A DNA stretch of 64,000 nt from Macrostomum lignano (taxonomy: Eukaryota), in contig NIVC01000032.1 in assembly GCA_002269645.1 (NCBI GenBank), forward strand, positions 248,001-312,000. Reading direction: 5' to 3'. Numbering within the stretch: the stretch's first letter is position 1; each line of letters starts with the position of its first letter. Under the pieces are notes generated by a model. The model worked only from the letters and a program-made list of their open reading frames with translations. It did no database searches and was not told the DNA's origin. Both the position numbers and the translations under genes were made by a program. Positions 35,741-46,714 of this stretch are shown one piece after another.

Positions 35741-38700
35741 CACACTATCAAGACTCACTATAGTCACTGTGAACACTATTCAGACTCACTGTAGTCACTG
35801 TGAACAACAAACAACAACAAGGTACTGCTCCCGCCGGCCACGCAGTAGCCAGAAAGGGGGGAGCAGTCAGAAAGCGCGTCTCTGGGCCATTGCCCTCAGG
35901 AAGTCGCATCCCCCTGCTTGGTCCGGGGCGCCAGCGTCACTCAAAAGTCGGTCAGGGTATTGCACCGTTCGCCCTTGGCCTCGCCTCCGCGGTCCCTGCA
36001 GCTTGAGCAGCAGCACGTCGTGTAGCGGCTCAGGACAGCGGGCCTCCGACCGGATGACGTGGCCAGCCAGTCGAAGTCGCCGCCCGCGCAGCAGGTCAGA
36101 AGGCCGCGTCAGGCGCGCCCTAGTGTAGAGCGCGGCATTGGTCTCGTTGCCTGGGCCGCTGCGCACTCCGAAAGCCGCACGCAGCATTGCCGCATGCGCA
36201 GCGTCCAGCTGCCTCTCCAAGGCGTCCGTCAGGGTCCAAGTCTCGGCGTTGTACAACAGGACAGTCTCGACGACTGCCTGAAACAGCCGAGCCTTGAGCC
36301 CGTCGTCCAGGGCCTCAGATTGGAGCACGGAGCGCACAGATCGAAATGCGGCCCAGGCCAGTCCTCGTCGTCTCACCAGGTCGTCGGCAACGTCCGGCAC
36401 GGAACCGCCGAGGTACACAAAGCGCTCGCAGCGGGTAAGCATAAATGCATTCCCGGCAGCGTCTCGGTAATTGATCTCGGCCGGCAAGTCGGAGGGCACC
36501 GTGAACACTACCGTCTTCCGCGCGTTCAGCTTAAGGCCGACCCGCGACGCTGCCGCCGTCAGGCCATCAAGCAGCCGCTGGGCACCTTCAGCCGTCGATG
36601 AAAGTAGCGCGAGGTCGTCCGCGGAGCCGAGAACGGAGAGCCGCTTCTCAAAAGGAAGCCGTCATCCAGGTTGGGCAGGCCGGTTCTCAGCACCCAGTCC
36701 AGTGCCAGCACAAACAGAAAAGGCGCCAAAGTGTCACCCTGCAGCACGCCTGACGACGTGCTGAATTGGTCTGACAGTCCATCTGGCGTCATCACCGAAG
36801 CGGTCGTGTCCTGGTACATCGCCATGATGGCGGAAATCAGTTGCTCCGGTACATTGTACGCACGAAGCACGAGAGGCAGCGCGCCGCGAGCCAGCGAGTC
36901 GAAGGCCTTGAGGAAATCAATGAAGATCACCACGAGACTTGACTGATGGATGCGCGCCTCCTTGATGATGCGGCGGAGGGCTAGGATCTGCGTCACTGTG
37001 CCGCGATGTGGGCGGAACCCGTTCTGCTCAGTTCGCAGGAACTGGTCCAGCACAGGCTGTAACCGAGCCAGCAGCACCCGGTTGAACAGCTTCGCGGCGC
37101 AGGACATAAGCGAGATCCCCCTGTGCTCCTCCTTCCGTGTCGTGCCTGGCTTCTTCGGGATCGCGACGATGTGCGCGGTTGTCCACTCGCGGGGCGCGGC
37201 ATCTCCAGAAAGGACACCGTTCATCACACGAGCCACCTCAATGGCGACCCTTGTGACTCGCAGCACCTCGATCGGCACCTCGTCCGGTCCCGGGGCGCGA
37301 CCTCCCGGCGCCTGGCGAGCGAACTGCACAACGTCGTTGCTGGTCACTGGCTGGGTGTTGAAATCTTCCTGCGACGGCAGCGCGTCTCGAGCGGCAGTGG
37401 CATCACTTCTGGCAGAGGCGGTGGCGGCGCGTTGACGATATCGGCGAAGAAGTCGCGTAGCTCATTTCTGCGCGCTTCTGGCGTGTCGCCGGTCAAGTTT
37501 AGCACCGTTCTCTTCTTGCGACCAGTCAAGGCGTTGATTGTCGGCCATACGAGCCGATTCTGTTGGTCGAGCCCTGCGGAGGTGACGCTTCGGATGGCAT
37601 CGTCAACAGCGGCTTGCTGCCGCCTGATATAAACGTCTGACAGGGCTTTCTCGGCCTCTGCCGTCGGTCTCCTGGACCGTCGCAGCCTCTCGACTGTCCG
37701 CCTCGCCTCTTGAACCTCCTTGTCATCCGCCCAGACAGGGAGACTACGGGCTACAGATTTCATCAGTGGCAGAGTTTTGCTCGCTGCCGTCGCTACTGCC
37801 GCGCTTATTTCAGAGTAGTTACCGGTGCTCGCAGACTCTCCCAGTGCGGTGGCGAACGCGTACGCGAACCTGCCGCGGATGCTAGAATCTCGCAGAGCCC
37901 GGAAATAGCGGCGTGGGGGTCGCTTGGGCGGCCTGTACAGCGGATCCCGGATGCGAAGGTTGCAGAAAAGCAGGCGGTGGTCGGATCGGATGGACAGCGG
38001 GGCCATCGTGTTGCAGTCTGTCACCCGACTGCCCTAGCGGTTACGAACAAGAATGTGGTCGAGCTGGGCCCGGCGCGTCGTGGCGTTTCAGCGCGCGTTC
38101 CGCTTTCTTCGCTTACAACCAGCAAAAGTCGCCAAACGAAAAGCTGGCTTGCGGAAGCGCGTGTTCGCCGACACCAGATCTTGCCGCGACATAAGGTCCG
38201 CAAGCGCACTAGAGTTGCCATTTTGGCGCGGGGACACGAACGGGGAGCGCTGGGACCTCTCCGCGACAGCGTTGAGATCGCCAAGCACCGCCAGTGTCAC
38301 GCATTGCGACCGACTCGAGCTGCTCTGACAGGAAATCAAAGAACTCCTGCGCCTCATGCTGATGGGCAGCTGTCGGTGCATACGCGCAGAACAGCCGGGC
38401 GTTACGGCCTCGCAGTCTCACATCCACACGCAAAAGCCGAGGTGACACGGGGACACAGCAGACACTCTGCTGCAGCCGCGGTCCGACTAGAGCGCCGACT
38501 CCTCCACGTCCTCGACTGTCCGCTGAGGTGAAAAACAGGGTCCAGCCGGCACCGAGATCCTCACGTTGGAGGCCGTCCTGCGTCACAATTGAAACTTCCT
38601 GCAGCATCACAATGTCCAGCTGCAGATCGAATGCTAGCTGCGCCAGCATTCCCCTCCTCCAAGCAGGTTTGAGAGTGCGACAGTTGAAGTTGGCAATTCT

Positions 38701-39556
38701 AAACGCGCTTCCTGGTACAGCTGGGGCCCGGACTTGTTGGGCCTCACGGTCTCCTGCGCCACCAGGCAGAACCGATTGGATAGGGGCCGGGTCAAGCAAA
38801 CTTGCGGACTTGCGAAAACGACCTTTCAGCCGTCCTCGCCTGTTGCGCTCACGCCGCCGCTGGATGCGCCGTGGAGACTTCGTTTGCCTCGCCGGTTGCC
38901 CTTCCTGCCGCTGTTAGCAGCCGCAGCGTCCGTGTTAGCAGAGCGCAGCTCACCGCTCTCACCTGGGCAAGCGCCAGCCAGATGGCAAGCGTCACCCGGA
39001 GGTCGCAGCATATTTGCACCGAAGTGCAAATTTAATAGAACCTAATTTAATAGAAATAGTCACTGTGAACACTATTCAGACTCACTGTAGTCACTGTGCA
39101 CACTATCAATACCCACTATAGTCACTGTGAACACTATCCAGACTCACTGTAGTCACTGTGCACACTATCAATACTCACTATAGTCACTGTGAACACTATC
39201 CAGACTCACTGTAGTCACTGTGCACACTATCAAGACTCACTATAGTCACTGTGATCACTATCAAGACTCACTATAGTCACTGTGAACACTATCCAGACTC
39301 ACCATAGTCACTGTGAACACTATCAAGAATCACTATAGTCACTGTGAACACTATCAAGACTCACTATAGTCACTGTGAACACTATCAAGAATCACTATAG
39401 TCACTGTGAACACTATCAATACTCACTATAGTCACTGTGAACACTATCAAGAATCACTATAGTCACTGTGAACACTATCAAGAATCACTATATAGTCACT
39501 GTGAACACTATCAAGAATCACTATATAGTCACTGTGAACACTATCAATACTCACTA
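35741..39556. repeat. 31-bp minisatellite split by the RTE insertion (35741-35802 and 39056-39556)
   Basis: Unit CACTATAGTCACTGTGAACACTATCAAGACT on both sides of the LINE. Confidence 0.93.
35803..39055 (-). mobile_element. RTE-clade non-LTR retrotransposon (APE + RT), near full length but frameshifted
   Basis: APE motifs (IANFNCRTL, IVMLQE, YAPT, GDLNA, SDH) and RT motifs (RGISL, QNGFRP, IDFLKAFDS, GVLQGDTLAP, SADD replacing YADD, YLGG) spread over several frames; (TTG)n tail at 35803-35820; 43-bp flanking duplication. Confidence 0.93.
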
Positions 39557-39629
39557 GCCACTTTGGACATTACATAACGAACAAACAATCTATGGTCCAA
39601 CAATTTGACTGATTAGTGGTAGGTGTTGA

Positions 39630-41366
39630 CCTTGTACTTCCAGCCAATGGCTTCTTGCCGAAGCAATCTGCCGGGACCGTGGACGTCTGCCACCATCGGG
39701 GACGCCCCGGCGAGACCCGTGGAGCCAACTCTGAACGGTGCCTCCAAGAAGACACCTGCAACTCCAGCTGCCAAGCAGCTGAGCACCACCTCTGGAGCTG
39801 CCCGTCGTCGACTTAACAAGGCGAGGCGGGTCAAGGGGGGCGGAAGCCGGCCGTCAGGGGCCAACGGCCCGCGGCAGCGGAAGCTTCCCAATCTGGGGCG
39901 GCGGCGGAAGAGGGCCTTGAGCCCACTGAAGTCCCTGCCCAGGATAGGGAGGCCGATGCAGCCGGGAGGGTGGACAGCCCACCTGATGCGGCAAAGAGGC
40001 AACCGGCGGTTATCATCCTGGGAAAGGACGCGCGCCTATCTCCCGAACAGCTGAAGCAGGTGAGCCGCACTGTTGATGGTCTCTTGTGGAAGCTCACTCT
40101 GAACGGCACACCTCTGAGCATTCACTCGAATGCGACGAGAGACCCTTGCCTTCTCATTTGGCCCGGTGATGCTGACTCGGGACGGCGGCTCCTTGAGCTG
40201 CTGCCCGAGCAGAGCTGGGACCTCAATTTAGCCTTCAGCAGAGAGGATAAGCGCCCCTGGACCAAGAGGCATCGAATCTGGGTTCCGGCCAGTAGAGTCG
40301 TTACCTCTGCTGATGAGCTCCGTAAAGGACTGCTAGCAGTCAACCGAGAGCTTCCCGCCGCGGGCCTAGTGGTGCATGACACCCGTAAGCGTACCGACGG
40401 CACTGGCTTCACAGCCATCCCGGGGCTGTCGGACGCCTGAATGAGGCGCTATCCGCACGACAGCTTCATCAACGTCGGCCTTTGGAAGCTGCGCATCCGC
40501 TCCTACGAGGCCGACCCTCCACGTGGCGGTGAGCAGGACAGGCGGGACGCGAAGGCGGCCGAAGCCGAGGCGGGAGCCTTCAAGAAAGTGCGGGCCTTTA
40601 AGAAGCGGTCGCTTATCCCGCACTCCGACCTCTGCCTCAAGACTCTCGAGGAGTGTGGCGGGCTCAACATCCTCACAGACTCAATCCTCGGCAACGAGCG
40701 CACTGACCTGCTGGCCAAGGCTGGCTCTGCCGGCGCGCTGTTGGGGCCAGGCCCAGGGCCCCCATCCCCGCCTCGGTGATCAATTCCCGCGTCAAGCGCT
40801 GGGCTGATTCCGAGCATCTCCACGGAGGGCAGGCGATCCCGAGCTGCCGTCCCCTGTCCCTCCCCCTCCTGAGTAGAGCCCTCCTCAGGCTCAAGCGCAG
40901 AGACCTCAGGCGCAGAGACCTCAGAGCAGTTAGCATGGCCCTCTCCGGGCATGGCTGCTTGTCTCGCCACCGCTTCCTTCAGGGCCAAGTACCTGAGGAG
41001 CGGTGCCCCTTCTGCGGCTCAGGTAGTGAAAACGCCGAGCACTTCATCTGCCACTGCCCGGTTTTCACCAGGGCCAGGCTCACTCACCTCGGGCCAAACC
41101 CGGTTCTCTCCGACGTTTGCAGGCCTGAGAGCATCCCGCTGCTTGCCCGGTACTTTAGGGACACGGAACGAGCTGATTACTTCCCCACCGCCGGTGAGGA
41201 GGACCGCGCTGCAGGCGAGACCGACGGGTCCCCCTGACGGCCCTGAGCAACATCGCTTCGATGGAAGTCATTGGTCGACGACAGGGGCTAGCGAATTGAG
41301 TGGTCCCCTCCGCCTCCTCGCTGCATCCGCCGGACGATGCCCCTGCCGCTAAGTCAAATAAGTCCA
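39630..41366 (+). mobile_element. Internally deleted LOA/I-group LINE (ORF1 + RNase H remnant + C-terminal CCHC), 12-bp TSD
   Basis: TSD GGTAGGTGTTGA at 39618-39629 and 41367-41378; ORF1-like RIWVPASRVV...LLAVNRELP (DUF4780-like, from recall); RNase H pieces LNILTDS and ILGNERTDLLAK; ALSGHGCL...CPFCGSGSENAEHFICHCP; no APE or RT. Confidence 0.78.
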
Positions 41367-41378
41367 GGTAGGTGTTGA

Positions 41379-42230
41379 GCCTGACTTTTTATCTCGACAT
41401 CGCGCTTTTAACGACAAAGGAGACTAGGACTCTGACGAACTTCAGGTGAGCACCGAGCTGCTGTGAGCTGGCCGAAGCATATCTGCAGGACCCAGGGATC
41501 AGCCAGCGATCGAGTTGACTCAAAAGCTCGCCGAATTCAGTCAAGCAGCTGAGGCCGGAGCTGCAGCCATGCTGGAGAATCAGGAAGCAGCTCGATTCCC
41601 AGATCCCGTGGGATTCGGTCTGGTGGCCCAGGATCCACAATCAAAATTGAGGAGTTCATGCGCCACTGCGAGGCCTCCAAGGGACGGTTCTGACACCGAC
41701 GAAATGGCCAACGCGACCATGCGAGGAGCTTCAGCTGGATATCCTCGGGGAGCTGCACTGGGCACCGAACTCCTGCCGCTTTATTCCCGGTGCAAGTGGC
41801 CGGAAGCAGCCTACGTGTTGACAGTGACGACATGGTTCAGCCGCTGGGGACTTTCAAGGAGCATCAATACAGATGAAAGGCCTGAGCCCGTGTCGGGCGA
41901 ATCCGAGGCATCCAGCATCGCCAGTTGCCGCACTCTCAACCCCAGAGCAATGCGGCAGTTGAGCACTTCAGCAGGATCTTTAAGGACGGCCTGAAGAAGC
42001 GCCTGTAGGAGGGCTGCGGCATGCCTCTTACCGAGGTGTCTCCGGCAGAGTTGATGTCAGGTCGAAAAATCTGCTCTGCTGCCAAGGCCCCATCGCATCA
42101 AGCGGAAGCGGCAGCAGGTTTTCAACCGGAGTCAACATAACTAGGAGGCAGCCGATATTGGAGGTGGGACTGAGGCGGCCACTTGTCCGCGGCAAACTGA
42201 GCAGCCGCCTGTTCGAACCCCCGGACAGAT
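41379..42230 (+). pseudogene. Degenerate Ty3/Gypsy integrase remnant
   Basis: Across frames: DFLSR, WWPRIHNQIEEFMRHCEA (zinc-binding), LQLDILG, INTD, PQSNAAVEHFSRIFKDGLK, SPAELMSGRKI; many stops and frameshifts. Confidence 0.75.
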
Positions 42231-42234
42231 GTGA

Positions 42235-42440
42235 CTCTGACTACTACACTGTGACTGATGACGAATGAACTGTGACTGATGACTAATGAACTGTGACTAA
42301 TGACTAATGAACTGTGACTAATGACTAATGAACTGTGACTAATGACTAATGAACTGTGACTAATGACTAATGAACTGTGACTAATGACTAATGAACTGTT
42401 ACTCATTGACTAATGAACTGTGACTAATGACTAATGAAAA
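42235..42440. repeat. 21-bp minisatellite
   Basis: Unit ACTGTGACTAATGACTAATGA. Confidence 0.95.
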
Positions 42441-42865
42441 GTCACTGCGAAACCGGTCCCGCATCACCAAAAAACCAGTGAGAGTTTACCTCAGAAAATA
42501 TTTTTTTCAGATAACTTAAAATGATTTATAAAATAAAGAAAGTTTATTACCTGATTGGATGAGCAATTACATGAAAATTGATCAGGTTTTCTGTGTGAGA
42601 GTACACTCAATTGTGCATCAATTTCTACTTTCCAAAGCACTTATATTTAACAATAATTTCAAGTCCTAATGAAGTACAACAAATGCTTCTATTCAATAAA
42701 TATCAATTCTGAACATACAGGACATAATAAACAATTATCAGACAAAGAGGGTCATAACATGTCGATTATTCTATAAGAAGAAAAGCTCTAACTAAAACTC
42801 GGCATCCAATAAATCAATAACTCCAGAAACCCCACAGTTCTGTTATTATTCGGCCTGTGAATAAA

Positions 42866-44773
42866 TTAGGATGCACTGAACACCTGCAGTCTCATATTGC
42901 CGCCGTCAGCCACCACCAGCTGCTCGCGCAGACCTCCTGTCACCACCGCCAGACACCATGGACTACTGAATCTGCCATCTCCGCTGCCGCTCTCGCCCGG
43001 AGTCCCCAGAGTCCACAGCAGCGACCCGTCGTCTGCAGTCACCGCTCGCACTGAGTGACCCAAAAATTCACTCACGAACAGGCGGCCTCTGCTGTCGACG
43101 GCCATCTCCAATGGACCAGCAAACTGTCGAGTCGGGAAGGAGGCGACCAGCTGCTGGGTGTCGATCCGCACTCTGTGCACCTGATTGTGCTTAAAGTCCG
43201 TCACCAGAATGCAGTTTTCGTGAGTCGTCAGGTTCCGCAAATAAGCATCAGGAAGCTGAGACAGCGTGATGACCGTCTCCATCTGCCAAGTGGTTTTGCT
43301 GAATGCAGCAATTTTGTTTCCACTGGACACAAACACGGAGGTTGCGTTGCCGCCGATTCCACTGATGTCACCGAAGCCCTCGATGTGTGGGCGGACTCGA
43401 ATCACCACGCGACCGCTCAGGTCCGTCACTGTCACTGCATCAGGCTGAGCAACGAACAGCAGCTGACGGTCGCAATGAAGGCCACGGATGTCCTTCTTCC
43501 AGTCGATGTCGCAGTAGCACCCCAGCTTCTTTGAGCCATCTACAGACAGCACCAGTAAGAAGTTCTTTTTCAAAAAGAATGATACAAAGATGCAGGGCTG
43601 AGGCAGAGCCTCGCTGCCGCCTCTCGCTGAGTCGGCGGGAACCACACGGCCTGAGCGGTCACCAACGAATCCGCTGGTGTCGCTGCACACAGCCAGCCAT
43701 GTAACAGGGCCATCCAGCTTCACCTCGTGACTGAAGACCATCGGATCGAACAGCAGTCTCTCTCTCTCAGCAGCGGCTATGTCCTCCGATGTTGCGGTCA
43801 CCGCAGCGTCACCCACATCCGGTCTCACGGTCACCGCAGCGTCACCCACATCCGGTCTCACGGTCACCGCAGCGTCTCTCACATCCGGTTTCACGGTCAC
43901 CGCAGCGTCACCCACATCCGGTCTCACGGTCACCGCAGCGTCACCCACATCCGGTCTCACGGTCACCGCAGCGTCTCTCACATCCGGTTTCGCGGTCACT
44001 GTAACGTCTCGCGACCAGTCACCCTCTTCACTGCGTCCCGCACAAATGCCGACCAGCCGCTCGAGCTGGCTCAGAAGCCGCAGCTGCAGCTCCTCATTGT
44101 CGCTCTGGTCTCTGAGCAGGCGCTCTGACCTCTCAAAGTCGGCCTCCAAGTCTCCAAGCGATTCGTGCATGGACTGCACCAGGCGAAGCAGCTCCGCCAT
44201 GTCGCCTGCAGCCTCCGCCGTGGCCACCTCCTGCTTGTAGCTGGAGACGTCCTCGAGGTCCCGCTCGCACACACGCACTGCCTCAAGCACACCTGAGAGC
44301 TGGCCCGTCACCCTGCTACGAAACGAGTCGATGTGTTGCTGTACCAAATCGAATTTGTGATTGACCTCTTGCAGCTGCTGTTGGATGTCGAGAGCGAGAC
44401 GACGCAGCGACTCAGCGTCTTGTCTTGGTCGCAGCAGCGCTGCACGGCTGGCTGAGACTGCTGCGCCTTGAGACTGTTGTGGCTGTTGTGACTCTTGTGA
44501 CTCTTGTGATTCTTGTGATTCTTGTGAGTCTTGTGAGTCTCGTGACTCTTGTGACTCTTGTGACTCTTGTGAGTAGGCACGCAGCAGCTCTTCGACCTCC
44601 TCCTTGAGCTTGAATAGATTGGCCACATCGACACTGAGGTGTTGACTGCACATGTGGCAGCGGGAGAACGGAGCCACACCGACTGCAGCTTGGTCGCAGA
44701 TGATGCAGAGAGGAGTTGGGGAAGCGGGAGGCGCGTCCGAACTCGAGCTGTCGCTGGATTGTCCAAGGCTCAT
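42866..44773 (-). CDS. B-box-like/coiled-coil/NHL-repeat protein, paralog 2, 635 aa
   Basis: Collinear with 30996-32732; expanded 9-bp (SQE) and 33-bp (PDVGDAAVTVR) coding repeats; probable 5' UTR intron 44795-44983 (GTGAGT...TTTCAG on minus). Confidence 0.85.
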   Translation of the reverse strand: MSLGQSSDSSSSDAPPASPTPLCIICDQAAVGVAPFSRCHMCSQHLSVDVANLFKLKEEVEELLRAYSQESQESQESRDSQDSQESQESQESQESQQPQQSQGAAVSASRAALLRPRQDAESLRRLALDIQQQLQEVNHKFDLVQQHIDSFRSRVTGQLSGVLEAVRVCERDLEDVSSYKQEVATAEAAGDMAELLRLVQSMHESLGDLEADFERSERLLRDQSDNEELQLRLLSQLERLVGICAGRSEEGDWSRDVTVTAKPDVRDAAVTVRPDVGDAAVTVRPDVGDAAVTVKPDVRDAAVTVRPDVGDAAVTVRPDVGDAAVTATSEDIAAAERERLLFDPMVFSHEVKLDGPVTWLAVCSDTSGFVGDRSGRVVPADSARGGSEALPQPCIFVSFFLKKNFLLVLSVDGSKKLGCYCDIDWKKDIRGLHCDRQLLFVAQPDAVTVTDLSGRVVIRVRPHIEGFGDISGIGGNATSVFVSSGNKIAAFSKTTWQMETVITLSQLPDAYLRNLTTHENCILVTDFKHNQVHRVRIDTQQLVASFPTRQFAGPLEMAVDSRGRLFVSEFLGHSVRAVTADDGSLLWTLGTPGESGSGDGRFSSPWCLAVVTGGLREQLVVADGGNMRLQVFSAS

Positions 44774-45527
44774 TGTTGGATAGTCTGTGATGAGCTGAAA
44801 TGCAGATGAAGTTAAAAACTAACGTAGTGACAGATAGAGAAGAGAGTGTGAAGAGAGTGAGAAGAGAGGAGAGAGAAGAAGAGAGGGAGAACAGAGGGAG
44901 CAGAAGGCAGAAGTTCTCAATGCACAGTGGGATTAGCAAAGCAGATTTCAAGGCATTCCCAGCCTTATTCCAATCCGACTCACCTGTCAAATGGGAAATA
45001 CAGTCAGATTTCGAGTCAGGGAGTTCAGTGCTGGTCAAGGAATTCTTGGCTGAGTCTCCTCTGCTGCCAGTGCAAGGCTGCTGAGCTCTGCAAAAGCCAG
45101 TGTGCCACACACTTTGAATCGGTGCCAGTATCGCAGGTCACAGAATTGCATCTCTGCAGCTGCAAGAATGCTCAGTCTGAGAAATTACTGAGCACACACT
45201 GGTACCTGTTCTGGGTGAGTTTTCTAGTGCAGATAATTATTAATTTAACTTTGTTTGTCTGTGCAGCGGTGCGAAATTCGAATTTCTCGCTATTCGATGT
45301 TGGAAATGTGCATCGGAGACCGAGTTGGTCTGGCTGGCAATCCCTGCTGCACTCAGCTGAGCTCTGCAGTCTCTGCGCCTCTCATTCCGTTTCTGTGTGT
45401 GCAGCCTGCGGTCTGGTGTACTTTGCCAGCAGCTGCGCGATGAAGCTCGCGTGTGCAGAGCGGCCTGCAGTAACAATGGAGACTGCTGGCTGAGAAATGA
45501 GTGGGGAGAGAAAAGCCGCAATGAGGG

Positions 45528-45760
45528 CTGAGAGGTGTGCTCAGGAGCGATGTGCTCAGGAGAGATGGGCTCAGAAGAGATGGGCTCAGAAGAGATGGGC
45601 TCAGGAGAGATGGGCTCAGGAGAGATGGGCTCAGGAGAGATGGGCTCAGGAGAGATGGGCTCAGGAGAGATGGGCTCAGGAGAGATGGGCTCAGGAGAGA
45701 TGTGCTCAGGAGAGATGTGCTCAGGAGAGATGTGCTCAGAAGAAATGTGCTCAGGAGAGA
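45528..45760. repeat. 15-bp minisatellite
   Basis: Unit GGGCTCAGGAGAGAT. Confidence 0.95.
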
Positions 45761-46236
45761 TAAAGCTGTCAGTGGGCAGTGAGAAGAGAAAGAGAAGAAC
45801 TGATCTCGATTACGAAATATGAGCTCCCTCCCCTGTACTGTACTTACTACTGCTAGTAGCCATGGAGTTGCGTCGGATTTAGCCTATTCTCCGGATTAGC
45901 CGATAATTTCCACAACTGTACCTTTCACATTTTCCCTGCTCTCCTGCAGTCTCTCGCTGTCTTCGCGTAGCAATAGGACCTTAAGCTGCTCGACACGCTA
46001 TACACATACCTTGGGCCGCTGACCACCGTGTAGGAGAGGCAAGAGCATTAGGTGATTGATTTATTTCTATGCTATGAGGCCGGAAAAGCCCCCGATCAAG
46101 TGTTTAGTAAGGCCGAACCCATCACAGCCAGCATGTCGTGCGGTATTTTTTTAACTCTATGACTTTAGGTGAAGAGTGGCAGATCATTAGTCTTTCTGCT
46201 GTAAAAATAATAATACAGGGACAATGTTGAGAAACT

Positions 46237-46447
46237 CCCGTATAGCAATCCGACGTTGGCGACGTCGACCGACGTTCAAGACGCCTTTCGACGTTAATGA
46301 CAGATGTGTACTTTTACAGTGCACCGAATGTTCAGCCGGCGTATGCCGTCGTTTATATCCGTCGAATTGTCATCGACGTCCTACATGTACTCGTACATCG
46401 GCGGAAACATCGGCAGACGTTGCGCCGACGTCGGATTGCTGTACGGG
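46237..46447. mobile_element. 211-bp MITE with ~25-bp TIRs
   Basis: CCCGTATAGCAATCCGACGTTGGCG ... CGCCGACGTCGGATTGCTGTACGGG (2 mismatches); CpG/ACGT-rich interior; TSD unclear. Confidence 0.75.
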
Positions 46448-46714
46448 TATTATAGGAGCTTCAATCTCCAGAACACACTTTAGTTAACGAGTCTACTTTT
46501 TGTCGTAGTCAAAGTGTCATTTTGTGCAATACACTTGTACATTACCTACTACGTACACATGTAAGTAGTGGTATAGATACATGTATGTACTGCATGCACA
46601 AGGGAATGGCAAATTGTTGTGAAGTTATATTTTGACTATAAAACTGACGAGATGTCCAGTTACTTGATTTTACTTGCGTGGTATGTTTGTCGATATTTTC
46701 CATCATAAGCATTT

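Noticed and set aside
35867-38799. RTE ORFs as an active element or a domesticated gene
   Set aside because: Several frameshifts and catalytic YADD changed to SADD.
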